Assembly: GCF_035644915.1 (NCBI RefSeq)
Contig: NZ_DASQNP010000006.1
Coordinates: 996 to 64,995, forward strand
Length of the DNA stretch: 64,000 bases
DNA from: Streptomyces sp.
Lineage (GTDB): Bacteria; Actinomycetota; Actinomycetes; Streptomycetales; Streptomycetaceae
Direction of reading: 5' to 3'
The notes below the pieces were generated by a model that saw only the letters and a program-made list of their open reading frames with translations, had not been told where the DNA came from and ran no database searches. The first letter of the stretch is position 1. Each line of letters begins with the position of its first letter. A program made the position numbers and the translations under genes. This document shows, in pieces, positions 50,016 to 59,885 of the stretch.

Positions 50016-50057
50016 CCGGGCGGCCGGCCCCGCCCCGGCGCGGGGCCGGCCGCCCGG
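50016..50057 (+). terminator. Intercistronic hairpin pstS-pstC
   Basis: Perfect 18-bp stem, 6-nt loop. Confidence 0.7.
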
Positions 50058-50150
50058 TCACGTCCGCCACCCAGTCCCCCTCCGCACGCGATCGACCCAT
50101 CCGGTGCACCGCCGCCAGGGGATGACACCCCTCATCAGACCGGAGACACC

Positions 50151-51131
50151 ATGGACATAGCACCCACCGCTTCCGCCGCCCCACCACAACCACCCCCGCG
50201 CGGCTCGGCCAACCGGCCGGGCGACCGCGTCTTCCTCGGCCTCTCCAAGGGCTCCGGCATCACCCTGCTGGTGATCATGGCCGCCATCGCGGTCTTCCTC
50301 ACCTGGCGGGCCGTGATCGCCCTCGCCGAGAACGAGGGCAACTTCTTCACCACCTTCGAGTGGAACGCCAACGCCAACCCGCCGGTCTTCGGCATCGCCG
50401 TCCTGGCCTTCGGCACGGTCGTCAGCTCGATCATCGCCATGGTGCTGGCGGTCCCCGTGGCCGTCGGCATCGCCCTGTTCATCTCGCACTACGCGCCGCG
50501 CAGACTCGCCACCCCGCTGGCGTACGTCGTCGACCTGCTCGCCGCGGTCCCCAGCATCGTCTACGGCCTGTGGGGCGCCCTGTTCCTGGTGCCGCACCTG
50601 ACCGGCCTGTACCAGTGGTTCGACGACTACCTCGGCTGGACGGGCGTCCTCTCCTACGAGGGCGGCGCCGCGCGCTCGCTGTTCACCGTGGGCATCCTGC
50701 TGGCGATCATGATCCTGCCGATCGTCACCAACGTCAGCCGCGAGGTCTTCAAGCAGTCCCCCAAGATGCAGGAGGAGGCCGCGCTCGCGCTCGGCGCCAC
50801 CCGGTGGGAGGTCATCAAGATGGCCGTCCTGCCGTTCGGCCGTTCCGGCGTGATCAGCGCCTCGATGCTCGGCCTGGGCCGCGCCCTCGGCGAGACGATG
50901 GCGGTGGCCACCGTCCTGTCCCCGAGCCCCGAGATCAACCTCAGTCTGCTCGATCCGGGCGGCGGCACCTTCGCGCAGAACATCGCCGCGGGCTTCAAGG
51001 AGGCCGGCGACCTCGGACGCGACGCCCTGATCGCCTCCGGCCTGGTGCTGTTCGTCATCACCCTGCTGGTGAACGGCGCCGCCCGCATGATCATTGCCCG
51101 CCGCAAGGAGTACTCGGGGGCGAACGCCTGA
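50151..51131 (+). CDS. pstC: Phosphate ABC permease
   Basis: DLLAAVPSIVYGLWG, EAALALGATRWE, LGRALGETMAV. Confidence 0.96.
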   Translation: MDIAPTASAAPPQPPPRGSANRPGDRVFLGLSKGSGITLLVIMAAIAVFLTWRAVIALAENEGNFFTTFEWNANANPPVFGIAVLAFGTVVSSIIAMVLAVPVAVGIALFISHYAPRRLATPLAYVVDLLAAVPSIVYGLWGALFLVPHLTGLYQWFDDYLGWTGVLSYEGGAARSLFTVGILLAIMILPIVTNVSREVFKQSPKMQEEAALALGATRWEVIKMAVLPFGRSGVISASMLGLGRALGETMAVATVLSPSPEINLSLLDPGGGTFAQNIAAGFKEAGDLGRDALIASGLVLFVITLLVNGAARMIIARRKEYSGANA

Positions 51132-52207
51132 TGAGCAACGCAGTCATGGACAAGCCCCCGGTCGTCGCACCGCTCCCCGGCGGCGCGCTCAAGCAGCCCC
51201 GCCTCCCGCGCTGGGCCCCCGCCGCCCTGGCGCTGGCCTCGGCGGGCATCGGCGCCGGCGTCGGCCTGGCGGCCGGGCTGGCCAGCCGCGTCCAGTGGGG
51301 CCTGATCGCCGCGGTCCTCTACGTCGTGGCGACCTACGTCCTCACCACGGCCGTGGAGGGCAAGCGCCAGGCCAAGGACCGGCTCGCCACCAGCCTGGTC
51401 TGGGTCAGCTTCCTGATCGCCGTGGTCCCGCTCGTCTCCCTGATCTGGGAGACGATCGCCCGCGGCGTGAAGGTGCTGGACGGGTACTTCCTCACCCACT
51501 CCATGAACGGCGTGATCACCCTCCAGCCCGGCGGAGGCATCTACCACGCGATCATCGGCACCGTGGAGCAGGTGGGTCTCGCCACGCTGATGGCGGCGCC
51601 CATCGGCCTGCTGACCGCGATCTACCTCGTCGAGTACGGGACCGGCAGACTCGCCAAGGCCGTCACCTTCTTCGTCGACGTCATGACCGGCGTCCCCTCG
51701 ATCGTCGCCGGCCTGTTCGTCCTGTCCTTCTGGATCATCATCCTGGACTTCGGCTACTCCGGCTTCGCCGGTGCCATGGCGCTGGCCATCCTGATGATGC
51801 CGATCGTCGTGCGCTCCACCGAGGAGATGCTCAAGCTCGTCCCGAACGAGCTGCGCGAGGCGTCCCTGGCGCTGGGCGTGCCGAAGTGGCGCACCATCCT
51901 CAAGGTGGTGCTGCCCACCGCGATCGGCGGCATCACCACGGGCGTGATGCTGGCCGTCGCCCGCATCGCCGGGGAGACCGCGCCGATCCTGCTGCTGGTG
52001 TTCGGCACGCAGCAGATCAACAACAACCCCTTCGACGGCGCCCAGTCGTCCCTGCCGTACTACGTCTACGAGCAGTGGGCCAACGGCAACGAGGCCTCCT
52101 ACGACCGCGCCTGGGCGGCGGCCCTCGTCCTGATCGCCTTCGTGATGATCCTCAATCTGGTGGCCCGCGGCATAGCCCGCTGGAAGGCCCCGAAGACCGG
52201 CCGCTGA
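51131..52207 (+). CDS. pstA: Phosphate ABC permease
   Basis: GVPSIVAGLF, EASLALGVPKWRTI, ARIAGETAP. Confidence 0.95.
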   Translation: MSNAVMDKPPVVAPLPGGALKQPRLPRWAPAALALASAGIGAGVGLAAGLASRVQWGLIAAVLYVVATYVLTTAVEGKRQAKDRLATSLVWVSFLIAVVPLVSLIWETIARGVKVLDGYFLTHSMNGVITLQPGGGIYHAIIGTVEQVGLATLMAAPIGLLTAIYLVEYGTGRLAKAVTFFVDVMTGVPSIVAGLFVLSFWIIILDFGYSGFAGAMALAILMMPIVVRSTEEMLKLVPNELREASLALGVPKWRTILKVVLPTAIGGITTGVMLAVARIAGETAPILLLVFGTQQINNNPFDGAQSSLPYYVYEQWANGNEASYDRAWAAALVLIAFVMILNLVARGIARWKAPKTGR

Positions 52208-52240
52208 CCCGGCCCACGCAGCAGAAGAGAAGTGATTCCC

Positions 52241-53017
52241 ATGGCCAAGCGCATCGACGTCAGCGGCCTCACCGCCTACTACGGCTCCCACAAGGCCATC
52301 GAGGACATCTCGATGGCCATCGAGCCCCGCTCCGTGACCGCCTTCATCGGCCCGTCCGGCTGCGGCAAGTCCACCTTCCTGCGCACCCTCAACCGCATGC
52401 ACGAGGTCACCCCCGGCGGGCGCGTCGAGGGCAAGGTGATGCTCGACCACGAGGACCTGTACGCGAGCGGGGTCGACCCGGTCTCCGTGCGCCGCACCAT
52501 CGGCATGGTCTTCCAGCGGCCGAACCCGTTCCCGACCATGTCGATCTACGACAACGTGGCGGCGGGCCTGCGGCTCAACGGCTCCCACAAGAAGTCCGAG
52601 CTGGACGACATCGTCGAGAAGTCCCTGCGGGGCGCCAACCTCTGGAACGAGGTCAAGGACCGCCTGAACAAGCCCGGTTCCGGCCTCTCCGGCGGCCAGC
52701 AGCAGCGGCTGTGCATCGCCCGCGCCATCGCGGTCGAGCCGCAGGTGCTGCTGATGGACGAGCCGTGCTCGGCGCTCGACCCGATCTCCACCCTCGCCAT
52801 CGAGGACCTGATCTGCGAGCTGAAGGAGCGCTTCACGATCGTCATCGTCACCCACAACATGCAGCAGGCCGCGCGCGTCTCGGACCGCACCGCGTTCTTC
52901 AACCTGTCCGCGGTCGGCCAGCCCGGCAGGCTGGTGGAGATCGACGACACCGAGCGCATCTTCTCCAACCCCTCGGTGCAGGCCACCGAGGACTACATCT
53001 CGGGCCGCTTCGGCTGA
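52241..53017 (+). CDS. pstB: Phosphate ABC ATPase
   Basis: [38 protein letters not shown]. Confidence 0.97.
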   Translation: MAKRIDVSGLTAYYGSHKAIEDISMAIEPRSVTAFIGPSGCGKSTFLRTLNRMHEVTPGGRVEGKVMLDHEDLYASGVDPVSVRRTIGMVFQRPNPFPTMSIYDNVAAGLRLNGSHKKSELDDIVEKSLRGANLWNEVKDRLNKPGSGLSGGQQQRLCIARAIAVEPQVLLMDEPCSALDPISTLAIEDLICELKERFTIVIVTHNMQQAARVSDRTAFFNLSAVGQPGRLVEIDDTERIFSNPSVQATEDYISGRFG

Positions 53018-53159
53018 TCCGCTCCGGGTGGGTCCGACCGGCCCGTCCCGGCCGTCTGCGGTGCTGCATGGCGGTGCCACCGCACGACGAACCGCCCGCC
53101 CCCCGGCTCCCGGGGGGCGGGCGTCCACGGCCCGGTGCGCCGCGCGACGCGACGCACCG

Positions 53160-54155
53160 TCAGCCCGCGACCAGCCTCACGGCCCAGTAGCTCGCCGCGG
53201 CCACCGCCGCGGCGGCGGGCATGGTGATGAACCAGCCCAGGACGATGTTCTTGGCGACGCCCCACCGCACCGCGCTCACCCGCTTCGTGGCGCCCACGCC
53301 CATGATCGCGGACGTGATCACGTGCGTGGTCGAGATCGGCGCGTGGAACATGAACGACGCCGTGTACATCACCGACGCCGCCGTCGTCTCGGCGGCGAAG
53401 CCCTGCGGCGGGTCCAGTTCGATGATCCGGCGCCCCAGCGTCCGCATGATCCGCCAGCCGCCGGCGTACGTGCCCAGCGACAGCATCAGCGCGCAGGAGA
53501 CCTTGACCCAGGTCGGGATCTGGCCGTGGTCCTGGACGTCCGCGATCACCAGGGCCATCACCACGATGCCCATCGTCTTCTGCGCGTCCTGCAGGCCGTG
53601 CCCGAGCGCCATCCCCGCCGCCGACACCGTCTGGGCTATGCGGAAGCCGCGCTTGGCCTTGTGCGGGTTGGCCCGGCGGAAGAGCCACAGGATGACCACC
53701 ATCACCAGGTAGCCGAGCAGCAGCCCGACCACCGGCGAGACGAACATCGGGATGACGATCTTCTCGAGCACGCCCGACCAGTACACCGTGATGCCGCCCG
53801 CCAGCGCCGCGCCCACCATGCCGCCGAAGAGGGCGTGCGAGGAGGAGGACGGCAGGCCGAAGTACCAGGTGATCAGGTTCCAGACGATCGCGCCGACCAG
53901 CGCCGCGAACAGGATCGCCATGCCGCTCCGGCCGTGCGGGGTCTCGATCAGCCCCTCGCTGACCGTCTTGGCCACACCGCTGCCCAGGAAGGCGCCGGCC
54001 ATGTTCATCACCGCGGCCATCAGCAGCGCCACCCGGGGGGTGAGCGCGCGCGTGGACACGGACGTGGCGATGGCGTTCGCGGAGTCGTGGAAACCGTTGG
54101 TGTACGTGAAGAAGAGCGCGACCCCCACGGTCACGACGAGAGCGAAGGTGTCCAC
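53160..54155 (-). CDS. pit: Pit-family inorganic phosphate transporter
   Basis: NGFHDSANAIAT, HGLQDAQK, PISTTH. Confidence 0.95.
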   Translation of the reverse strand: MDTFALVVTVGVALFFTYTNGFHDSANAIATSVSTRALTPRVALLMAAVMNMAGAFLGSGVAKTVSEGLIETPHGRSGMAILFAALVGAIVWNLITWYFGLPSSSSHALFGGMVGAALAGGITVYWSGVLEKIVIPMFVSPVVGLLLGYLVMVVILWLFRRANPHKAKRGFRIAQTVSAAGMALGHGLQDAQKTMGIVVMALVIADVQDHGQIPTWVKVSCALMLSLGTYAGGWRIMRTLGRRIIELDPPQGFAAETTAASVMYTASFMFHAPISTTHVITSAIMGVGATKRVSAVRWGVAKNIVLGWFITMPAAAAVAAASYWAVRLVAG

Positions 54156-54160
54156 GTGGT

Positions 54161-54781
54161 TCAGGACTCCTTGACGGCGATGGTCTCCACCGTGTTCGCC
54201 ACGTGCTCGAAGGCGTCGGCCGCCTCCTCCAGAACGTCCACGATCTGCTTGAGCTTGAGCACCTCGATGGCGTCGTACTTGCCGTTGAACAGGTGGGCCA
54301 GCAGCTTGCGGTGGATCTGGTCGGCCTGGTTCTCCAGCCTGTTGACCTCGATCCAGTACTCGGTGAGGTTGTCCATCGTCCGCAGGTGCGGCATCGCCTC
54401 GGCGGTCAGCTCGGCAGCCCGCGCCAGGACCTCGATCTGCTGCTCCACTCCCTTGGGCAACTCCTCGATCTGGTAGAGGACGACCAGGTCGACGGCCTCC
54501 TCCATGAAGTCCATGATGTCGTCGAGCGACGACGCGAGCCGGTAGATGTCCTCGCGGTCGAACGGCGTGATGAACGAGGAGTTCAGCTGGTGGAAGATCG
54601 CGTGGGTGGCGTCGTCACCGGCGTGCTCGGCCGCACGCATGCGCTCCGAGATCTCGGCCCGTGCCGACGTTTCCGCCCCGAGCAGTTCCATCAGGAGCTT
54701 CGAACCGGTGACGATGTTGTCCGCGGACGCGGCGAACATGTCGTAGAAGCTCGTCTCCCTGGGGGTCAGACGAAAGCGCAC
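54161..54781 (-). CDS. DUF47 / PhoU-like Pit accessory protein
   Basis: EHAGD, FITPFDREDI, LENQAD, ADAFE. Confidence 0.92.
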   Translation of the reverse strand: MRFRLTPRETSFYDMFAASADNIVTGSKLLMELLGAETSARAEISERMRAAEHAGDDATHAIFHQLNSSFITPFDREDIYRLASSLDDIMDFMEEAVDLVVLYQIEELPKGVEQQIEVLARAAELTAEAMPHLRTMDNLTEYWIEVNRLENQADQIHRKLLAHLFNGKYDAIEVLKLKQIVDVLEEAADAFEHVANTVETIAVKES

Positions 54782-54939
54782 TGGGATTCCTCGGGGTGCA
54801 TCGTTGTCGGTCTCAATGATGCTAGGTGCATCATCCGGTCACAGTGAACCGTCGGTCATCAGTGTTACCCATCGGAGCGCACCACTCCGCATCGGGGATC
54901 CCCCATCACACCACCCCGGAACGGAACATTCGGTACGAT

Positions 54940-54956
54940 ATACCCAGCGGGGGTAT
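54940..54956. promoter_or_regulatory. CsoR operator
   Basis: ATACCC-AGCGG-GGGTAT, the C/G-tract palindrome typical of CsoR sites, 30 nt upstream of csoR. Confidence 0.82.
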
Positions 54957-54985
54957 CATCCTCACGGCGACCACGGGAGGACCGT

Positions 54986-55306
54986 ATGACGACCACCGAG
55001 CCCCGTCCAGAGACCGTCCACGGTCCGCACGGATACGCCAAGGAGAAGGACGCGCACCTCAAGCGGCTCCGGCGCATCGAGGGGCAGATCCGCGGCCTCC
55101 AGCGCATGGTCGAGGAGGACGTCTACTGCATCGACATACTCACCCAGGTCTCCGCCTCCACCAAGGCGCTGCAGTCGTTCGCGCTCCAGCTCCTGGAGGA
55201 GCACCTGCGCCACTGCGTGGCCCACGCGGCGACCGAGGGCGGCGCCGAGATCGACGCCAAGGTGGAGGAGGCCACGGCCGCCATCGCCCGCCTGCTGCGC
55301 ACCTGA
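54986..55306 (+). CDS. csoR: Copper-sensing repressor
   Basis: RLRRIEGQIRGLQRMVEEDVYCIDIL...HLRHCV (Cys/His/Cys). Confidence 0.93.
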   Translation: MTTTEPRPETVHGPHGYAKEKDAHLKRLRRIEGQIRGLQRMVEEDVYCIDILTQVSASTKALQSFALQLLEEHLRHCVAHAATEGGAEIDAKVEEATAAIARLLRT

Positions 55307-55399
55307 CCCGACGGTCCCCGACCCGGCGGCCCTCCCGGGGCCCCGTCACGGAAGCTCCCCGGTTCACGGAGGACCTTCGCGGCGGGCCTCCGGAATCCC

Positions 55400-55606
55400 T
55401 CAGCCGCGGACCCTCTTCTCCGCGTCACGGCCGACCCGGAGCACCTCGTCGATGCGGGCGGGGCTGAGCCGGTCCTCGGCGGCGGCCGACGCCGCGATCA
55501 TCAGCTCGCCGTAGAGTTCGATCTCGTCGAGGGCCACGCGGTCCTGGACCAGTGGGCCGCAGCTCTTCCCAGACACACGCACCACCTCCTCCAACTCCCC
55601 TCTCAC
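55400..55606 (-). CDS. Small conserved hypothetical protein
   Basis: DEIELYGELMIAAS...LSPARIDEVL; position next to csoR; start uncertain. Confidence 0.65.
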   Translation of the reverse strand: MRGELEEVVRVSGKSCGPLVQDRVALDEIELYGELMIAASAAAEDRLSPARIDEVLRVGRDAEKRVRG

Positions 55607-55735
55607 GCGCCTGAATCACCAAGGGTAGGAAGAAGCGCCCCGTCGCGCATGGCACGTCCGGACCATTTCACGCCACCGACCTCGGCTACGACCGGCGCAC
55701 GGCGGTGACCTCCGGAACGCGCCGTCACACCACCG

Positions 55736-56599
55736 CTACGGAGCGGCGATCCTCCCGGTGTAGATGTCCTCCGGCTCGGGCAGCTCGATCTCCACCGGCA
55801 CCCCGAAGCCGTACAGCGTCGTCGTCGAGACCACCGAGACCTCACCGCTCCCCCCGCGCCCCGGGGTGCCGGGCGTGGGCGGGAAGACGAAGCGGTGCCG
55901 GACCTTCCGCAGCCGTCCCTGCCCGTCGAAGTAGGCGTCGAAGGGCACGGTCCGGCGGGAGAGCCCCTCGGCCGCCGCGGCCAACTGCCTCCGCGAGCGC
56001 GGCTCGGCGGCCTCCGCGGCCTCCGCCAGGTCCACGGTGCCGCGGTAGTGCCGCACCTCCTCCCCGTGCAGCCGCTCCTCGCCCCGGAACGACACCGAGC
56101 GCACGCCGCGCAGCAGTTCGGCGGCGCTGACCGGATCGGTGGCGCCTCCCGTGACCAGGTTCCCGTCCGGCAGGGTGGCCGTGTCCACGCGCACCCACTT
56201 GCCGTCGGGAACGCCGGCGCCCCGGTTCCTCATGTACAGCGCGCCCGGTGTGACCAACTCCACGATCGGCCGGCGCGCGCCGTCCTCGGTGGCCTCGCCC
56301 GGCAGCACCACCCGCAGCCGCCCCGTCCGCCTCCCGTAGTCGAAGACGCCGCCGCCCCGGATGGTGACGCGGGTGCCGCCGCTGCTCGTCTCCACCGTCG
56401 TACGCGTCCGGGAGGTGCCGGCCCCCGCCAGCACCTCGGCCGCCTTCCGCACCGCGGCCCGCGCCTCGGCCGCGGTCACGTCGGCGGCCACGGCTCCGCG
56501 CCCGGAACACCCGGTGACGGCCAGGGTCGTCAGCACCGCCCCGGCACAGGCCGCGGCGACCGCGACGACCCCGCCCTTCCGTCCGCGCCGCACCACCAT
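55736..56599 (-). CDS. Lipoprotein (LppX/LprAFG-like)
   Basis: Lipobox AVTGC; VRHYRGTVDL, YFDGQGRLRKV, FGVPVEIELP. Confidence 0.75.
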   Translation of the reverse strand: MVVRRGRKGGVVAVAAACAGAVLTTLAVTGCSGRGAVAADVTAAEARAAVRKAAEVLAGAGTSRTRTTVETSSGGTRVTIRGGGVFDYGRRTGRLRVVLPGEATEDGARRPIVELVTPGALYMRNRGAGVPDGKWVRVDTATLPDGNLVTGGATDPVSAAELLRGVRSVSFRGEERLHGEEVRHYRGTVDLAEAAEAAEPRSRRQLAAAAEGLSRRTVPFDAYFDGQGRLRKVRHRFVFPPTPGTPGRGGSGEVSVVSTTTLYGFGVPVEIELPEPEDIYTGRIAAP

Positions 56600-56890
56600 C
56601 GTCCGCCGACCCCCAAGAACACGCCTGGCAACTCGATCCGACTAACGACGGCCACCCGGCCGCCGTCACGGCCGGTACCGTGGTCGCGTGCGGGAGGAGA
56701 GCCTCGGGGAGCGGCCGGTACGGCCGGGGGAACACCAGACCTCGACGACGGAGCGGGGATCGTTCTGCAGCGCGGTCTGCACCTGCGGATGGCGCGGTCC
56801 CGCCCGGCGGGCGCGCTCGCAGGCCCGCCGGGACGCCGCGGCCCACCGGGAGGGGTGACGCGGCGGACGGAAGGCCGACACCCCGGCAGA

Positions 56891-56940
56891 ACACCGGAGG
56901 ACGCCGGGGAACACCGGGGAACACCGGGTAAAACGCCGGG
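56891..56940 (+). repeat. Degenerate 10-bp tandem repeat
   Basis: acaccggagg acgccgggga acaccgggga acaccgggta aaacgccggg. Confidence 0.7.
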
Positions 56941-56985
56941 GAGCGGCCCCGCACGAGGCGGAACCGCTCCCCTCCGTCACGTCCC

Positions 56986-57651
56986 TCAGGCGGCCAGGTC
57001 CCGGTCGTACGGCCGCCGTTCCGCCGGCTCCGCGGTCCGCGCCGCCGCCTCCGGCGCACACACCAGCCGGCCGATCCGCGAGGAGGCCACCGCGCGCAGC
57101 AGCGGCGTCAGCAGCGCCAGCGCCGCGGGCGCCAGCAGCAGCGCCACGGCCGTGCCCAGGGCCAGGCCGCCGATCACGTCGGTGGGGTAGTGCACCCCCA
57201 TGTAGACCCGGCAGAAGCCCGCGAACACCGCCACCAGGATGCCGACGAGCCCCAGTTTCCGGTTCACCATGAAGATCCCCACGGCGAGCGCCATCGCCAG
57301 CGTCGCGTGGTCGCTGACGAACGAGAAGTCCCTCTTCCCGTCCACCAGCACCTCCAGCCCCTCGTGCTGCAGAAAGGGTCTGGGTCGCTCCACGAATCCC
57401 CGGATCGGCACGTTCACCAGCAGCGCCACGCCGGCCGCCAGTGGTGCCCAGACCAGCCCGGCCACGGCCGCCACCGCGTCCACCCGACGCCGCGCGATCC
57501 ACCAGGCCCACACGCCCAGCAGTGCCAGCGCCACGATGGTTCCGTACTCGCCGACGTACTCCATGAGGTGGTCGGCCCACCCGGGGGCGGCCTTGGCCAA
57601 TCCGTTGATGTCGTAGAGCAGCTCGACGTCGGGGTTGTCCCATTCAGCCAT
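56986..57651 (-). CDS. PAP2 phosphatase (BcrC-like undecaprenyl-PP phosphatase)
   Basis: ERPRPF, SFVSDHA, CRVYMGVHYPTDV. Confidence 0.9.
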   Translation of the reverse strand: MAEWDNPDVELLYDINGLAKAAPGWADHLMEYVGEYGTIVALALLGVWAWWIARRRVDAVAAVAGLVWAPLAAGVALLVNVPIRGFVERPRPFLQHEGLEVLVDGKRDFSFVSDHATLAMALAVGIFMVNRKLGLVGILVAVFAGFCRVYMGVHYPTDVIGGLALGTAVALLLAPAALALLTPLLRAVASSRIGRLVCAPEAAARTAEPAERRPYDRDLAA

Positions 57652-57844
57652 CGCGATGCTGCCCTTCACTCGTCGCTGCCGACCCCCGTGGTAGCGGAAT
57701 GCCCTTGTCCGGACAGGACAACGCCCTGCCCGGGCCGCACGTTCCAACCTCCACCGAACGATCACGCGGACGTTATCGGAGGGTGACCCGCGAACCGGGA
57801 CCACGCCCCACGCACTGCTTCACCGGGGCCGCGGGCCCCGGGAA

Positions 57845-58816
57845 TCACGACGCCGTCGGCCTCGTCGCCCCGAAGTAGTCGGGGGTGTCGATCGGATCGA
57901 AGCGGATCTTCGCGCCCGTGTACGGCGCGTCGATCATATAGCCACCGCCGACGTAGATGCCCACGTGATGGATCGACCGCGAGTCGTTCAGGTCGTGCGC
58001 GAAGAAGACCAGGTCACCCGGGAGCAGTTCGTTCCGCTTCGGGTGCGGGCCGGTGTTCCACTGGTCGTTGGCCACACGCGGCAGTTCGATCCCCACGCTC
58101 GCGTACGCCGCCTTCGTCAGCCCCGAGCAGTCGAACCGCCCGCCGTCCTCCGGCGTCCCGTCACCGCCCCACAGGTACGGCGTGCCCAGCCTCTTCTGTG
58201 CGAAGTCGATCGCGCCGGCGGCCTGCCGCGACGGCGACACGCGCCCGGCGGGCGCCGCGAAGCTCTTCTCCAGCTTCCGGATGACCTGCACGTAGTTCTG
58301 CGTCTCCCGGTAGGGGGGCACCCCGCCGTACTTGACCACCGCGTACGCACCCGCGTTGTAGGCGGCCAGCATGTTGTTCGTCGGATCGCCGGGCACGTCC
58401 TCGACGTACTTCGCCAGCGAGCAGTCGTACTTCGCCGCCGACGGGATCGCGTCCTCCGGGTCCCACACGTTCCGCTGCCCGTCGCCGTCCCCGTCGATGC
58501 CGTGCGCCGCCCAGGTGCCCGGGATGAACTGGGCGATGCCCTGCGCCTCGGCCGGGCTCTGCGCCCTGGGGTTCCAGCCGCTCTCCTGGTAGAGCTGGGC
58601 GGCCAGCAGCGCCGGGTTGAGCGCCGGGCAGTAGTTGCCCCACTTCTGCACCAGCGACCGGTACGCCGCCGGCACCGCCCCCTTCGCCAGCGCCACGGTA
58701 CCGCCGCCACCGCCGAAGAGGTTGGCGGCAGCGCTGTACGTGCCGACCACGAGCAACGCCATGAAGCACATGACGAGCCCGAACCCGACCCCGGTCGCCA
58801 CCCACGCCTTCCGCAC
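57845..58816 (-). CDS. Lytic transglycosylase + NlpC/P60 bifunctional hydrolase
   Basis: QESGWNP, GIAQF, AAYNAG; GTPYLWGG...DCSGL, HHVGIY. Confidence 0.92.
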   Translation of the reverse strand: MRKAWVATGVGFGLVMCFMALLVVGTYSAAANLFGGGGGTVALAKGAVPAAYRSLVQKWGNYCPALNPALLAAQLYQESGWNPRAQSPAEAQGIAQFIPGTWAAHGIDGDGDGQRNVWDPEDAIPSAAKYDCSLAKYVEDVPGDPTNNMLAAYNAGAYAVVKYGGVPPYRETQNYVQVIRKLEKSFAAPAGRVSPSRQAAGAIDFAQKRLGTPYLWGGDGTPEDGGRFDCSGLTKAAYASVGIELPRVANDQWNTGPHPKRNELLPGDLVFFAHDLNDSRSIHHVGIYVGGGYMIDAPYTGAKIRFDPIDTPDYFGATRPTAS

Positions 58817-58926
58817 TCCTCAACCATCCCCCATCGGGACACAGTTCACTGCCGATTCAGCCGAGACCGTGTCAGAATCCAAGGGAAGCGCATCTCCAAC
58901 AACCCATCTGGGGCGGTGAATACACC

Positions 58927-59235
58927 ATGTTTCTGGCAGCCGACAAGGGCGACATCAACACCATCATCGGCGGAATCGCCCCTGACTGGGGCCCGTTCGG
59001 ATCGCTGGGCAACGAGGCCCGCGTGATGATCGAGGTCGTGATGGCCGTCGCCATCCTGCTCTGCCTCGGCATCGCCGTCTGGGGCGCCGCCAAGCAGCGC
59101 ATCGGTGCCACGGCACTGCGCGACACCTTCAGCGCCGAGCAGGGCAAGGGCCTGATCGTGGCGGGCCTGACGGGCGTCTTCATCATCGGCTCGCTCGGCA
59201 CGCTCTTCACGATCGTCTACGGCATGGCCGTGTAG
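58927..59235 (+). CDS. cmdF: Small 2-TM protein, VirB2/pilin-like (SCO4131-type)
   Basis: 102 aa, two hydrophobic segments; first gene of the cluster; symbol from recalled S. coelicolor synteny. Confidence 0.7.
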   Translation: MFLAADKGDINTIIGGIAPDWGPFGSLGNEARVMIEVVMAVAILLCLGIAVWGAAKQRIGATALRDTFSAEQGKGLIVAGLTGVFIIGSLGTLFTIVYGMAV

Positions 59236-59885
59236 CACCCGCCCGCCCCCGCCCTCGTCCCCGTCCGTCCCTCCGTCCGTCTCCTTCTCCCGGACCCGAT
59301 CCCCCCGCCCCCGACCCCGGTGCCCGACTCCCGTACGGCCCAGGGCTCCACGATCCGCCCCCGGGGCCTCCCGGCGCACGCCCGGAACCACGGCCGCGGC
59401 ACGGCGCACCACCGACAGACGCGGGTCCCGGCCGCGCACGCGACCGGTCACCGGTACGCGTAGCGGCCGGTGCCCCGCCGGACGACCCACCACACCTGCC
59501 ACGCCCGCCGTGGTAGGCGGAACGGCGCGTACGGCCGCAGAACGGCTCGGGCGCCCTGCCGTACGGCCCGTCCCCCACCGACGGACGGCAGGGCGCCGAG
59601 ACGTGCCCTGCCCGGGACGGCCGCCACGCCCGAACACACCAGGAAAAAGAGCACCACAGCGATGCACCGGCCCATGATCCCCCCCTCGCCCCGGCTGGCC
59701 TCCCGCTCCTCCCGCCGGAGCGGAACGGAACGCCCCTACCGGGCCGATCCCGGCAATCCACCGATCACCGTGCGGAAGCGATCCTGCACACACCGGCCCC
59801 ACAACGACCGGAGCGGGGTTAACGTCATGGAGAGGGCACGACGACAACCGGGCGGCAGCCGGGCGACCGAGGGGGCACGCGCACG

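Noticed and set aside
54843-54860. Possible PHO box upstream of DUF47-pit (GATGACC then GTTCACT on the minus strand)
   Set aside because: Only one good unit; the orthologous pitH1 is, as I recall, PhoP-independent
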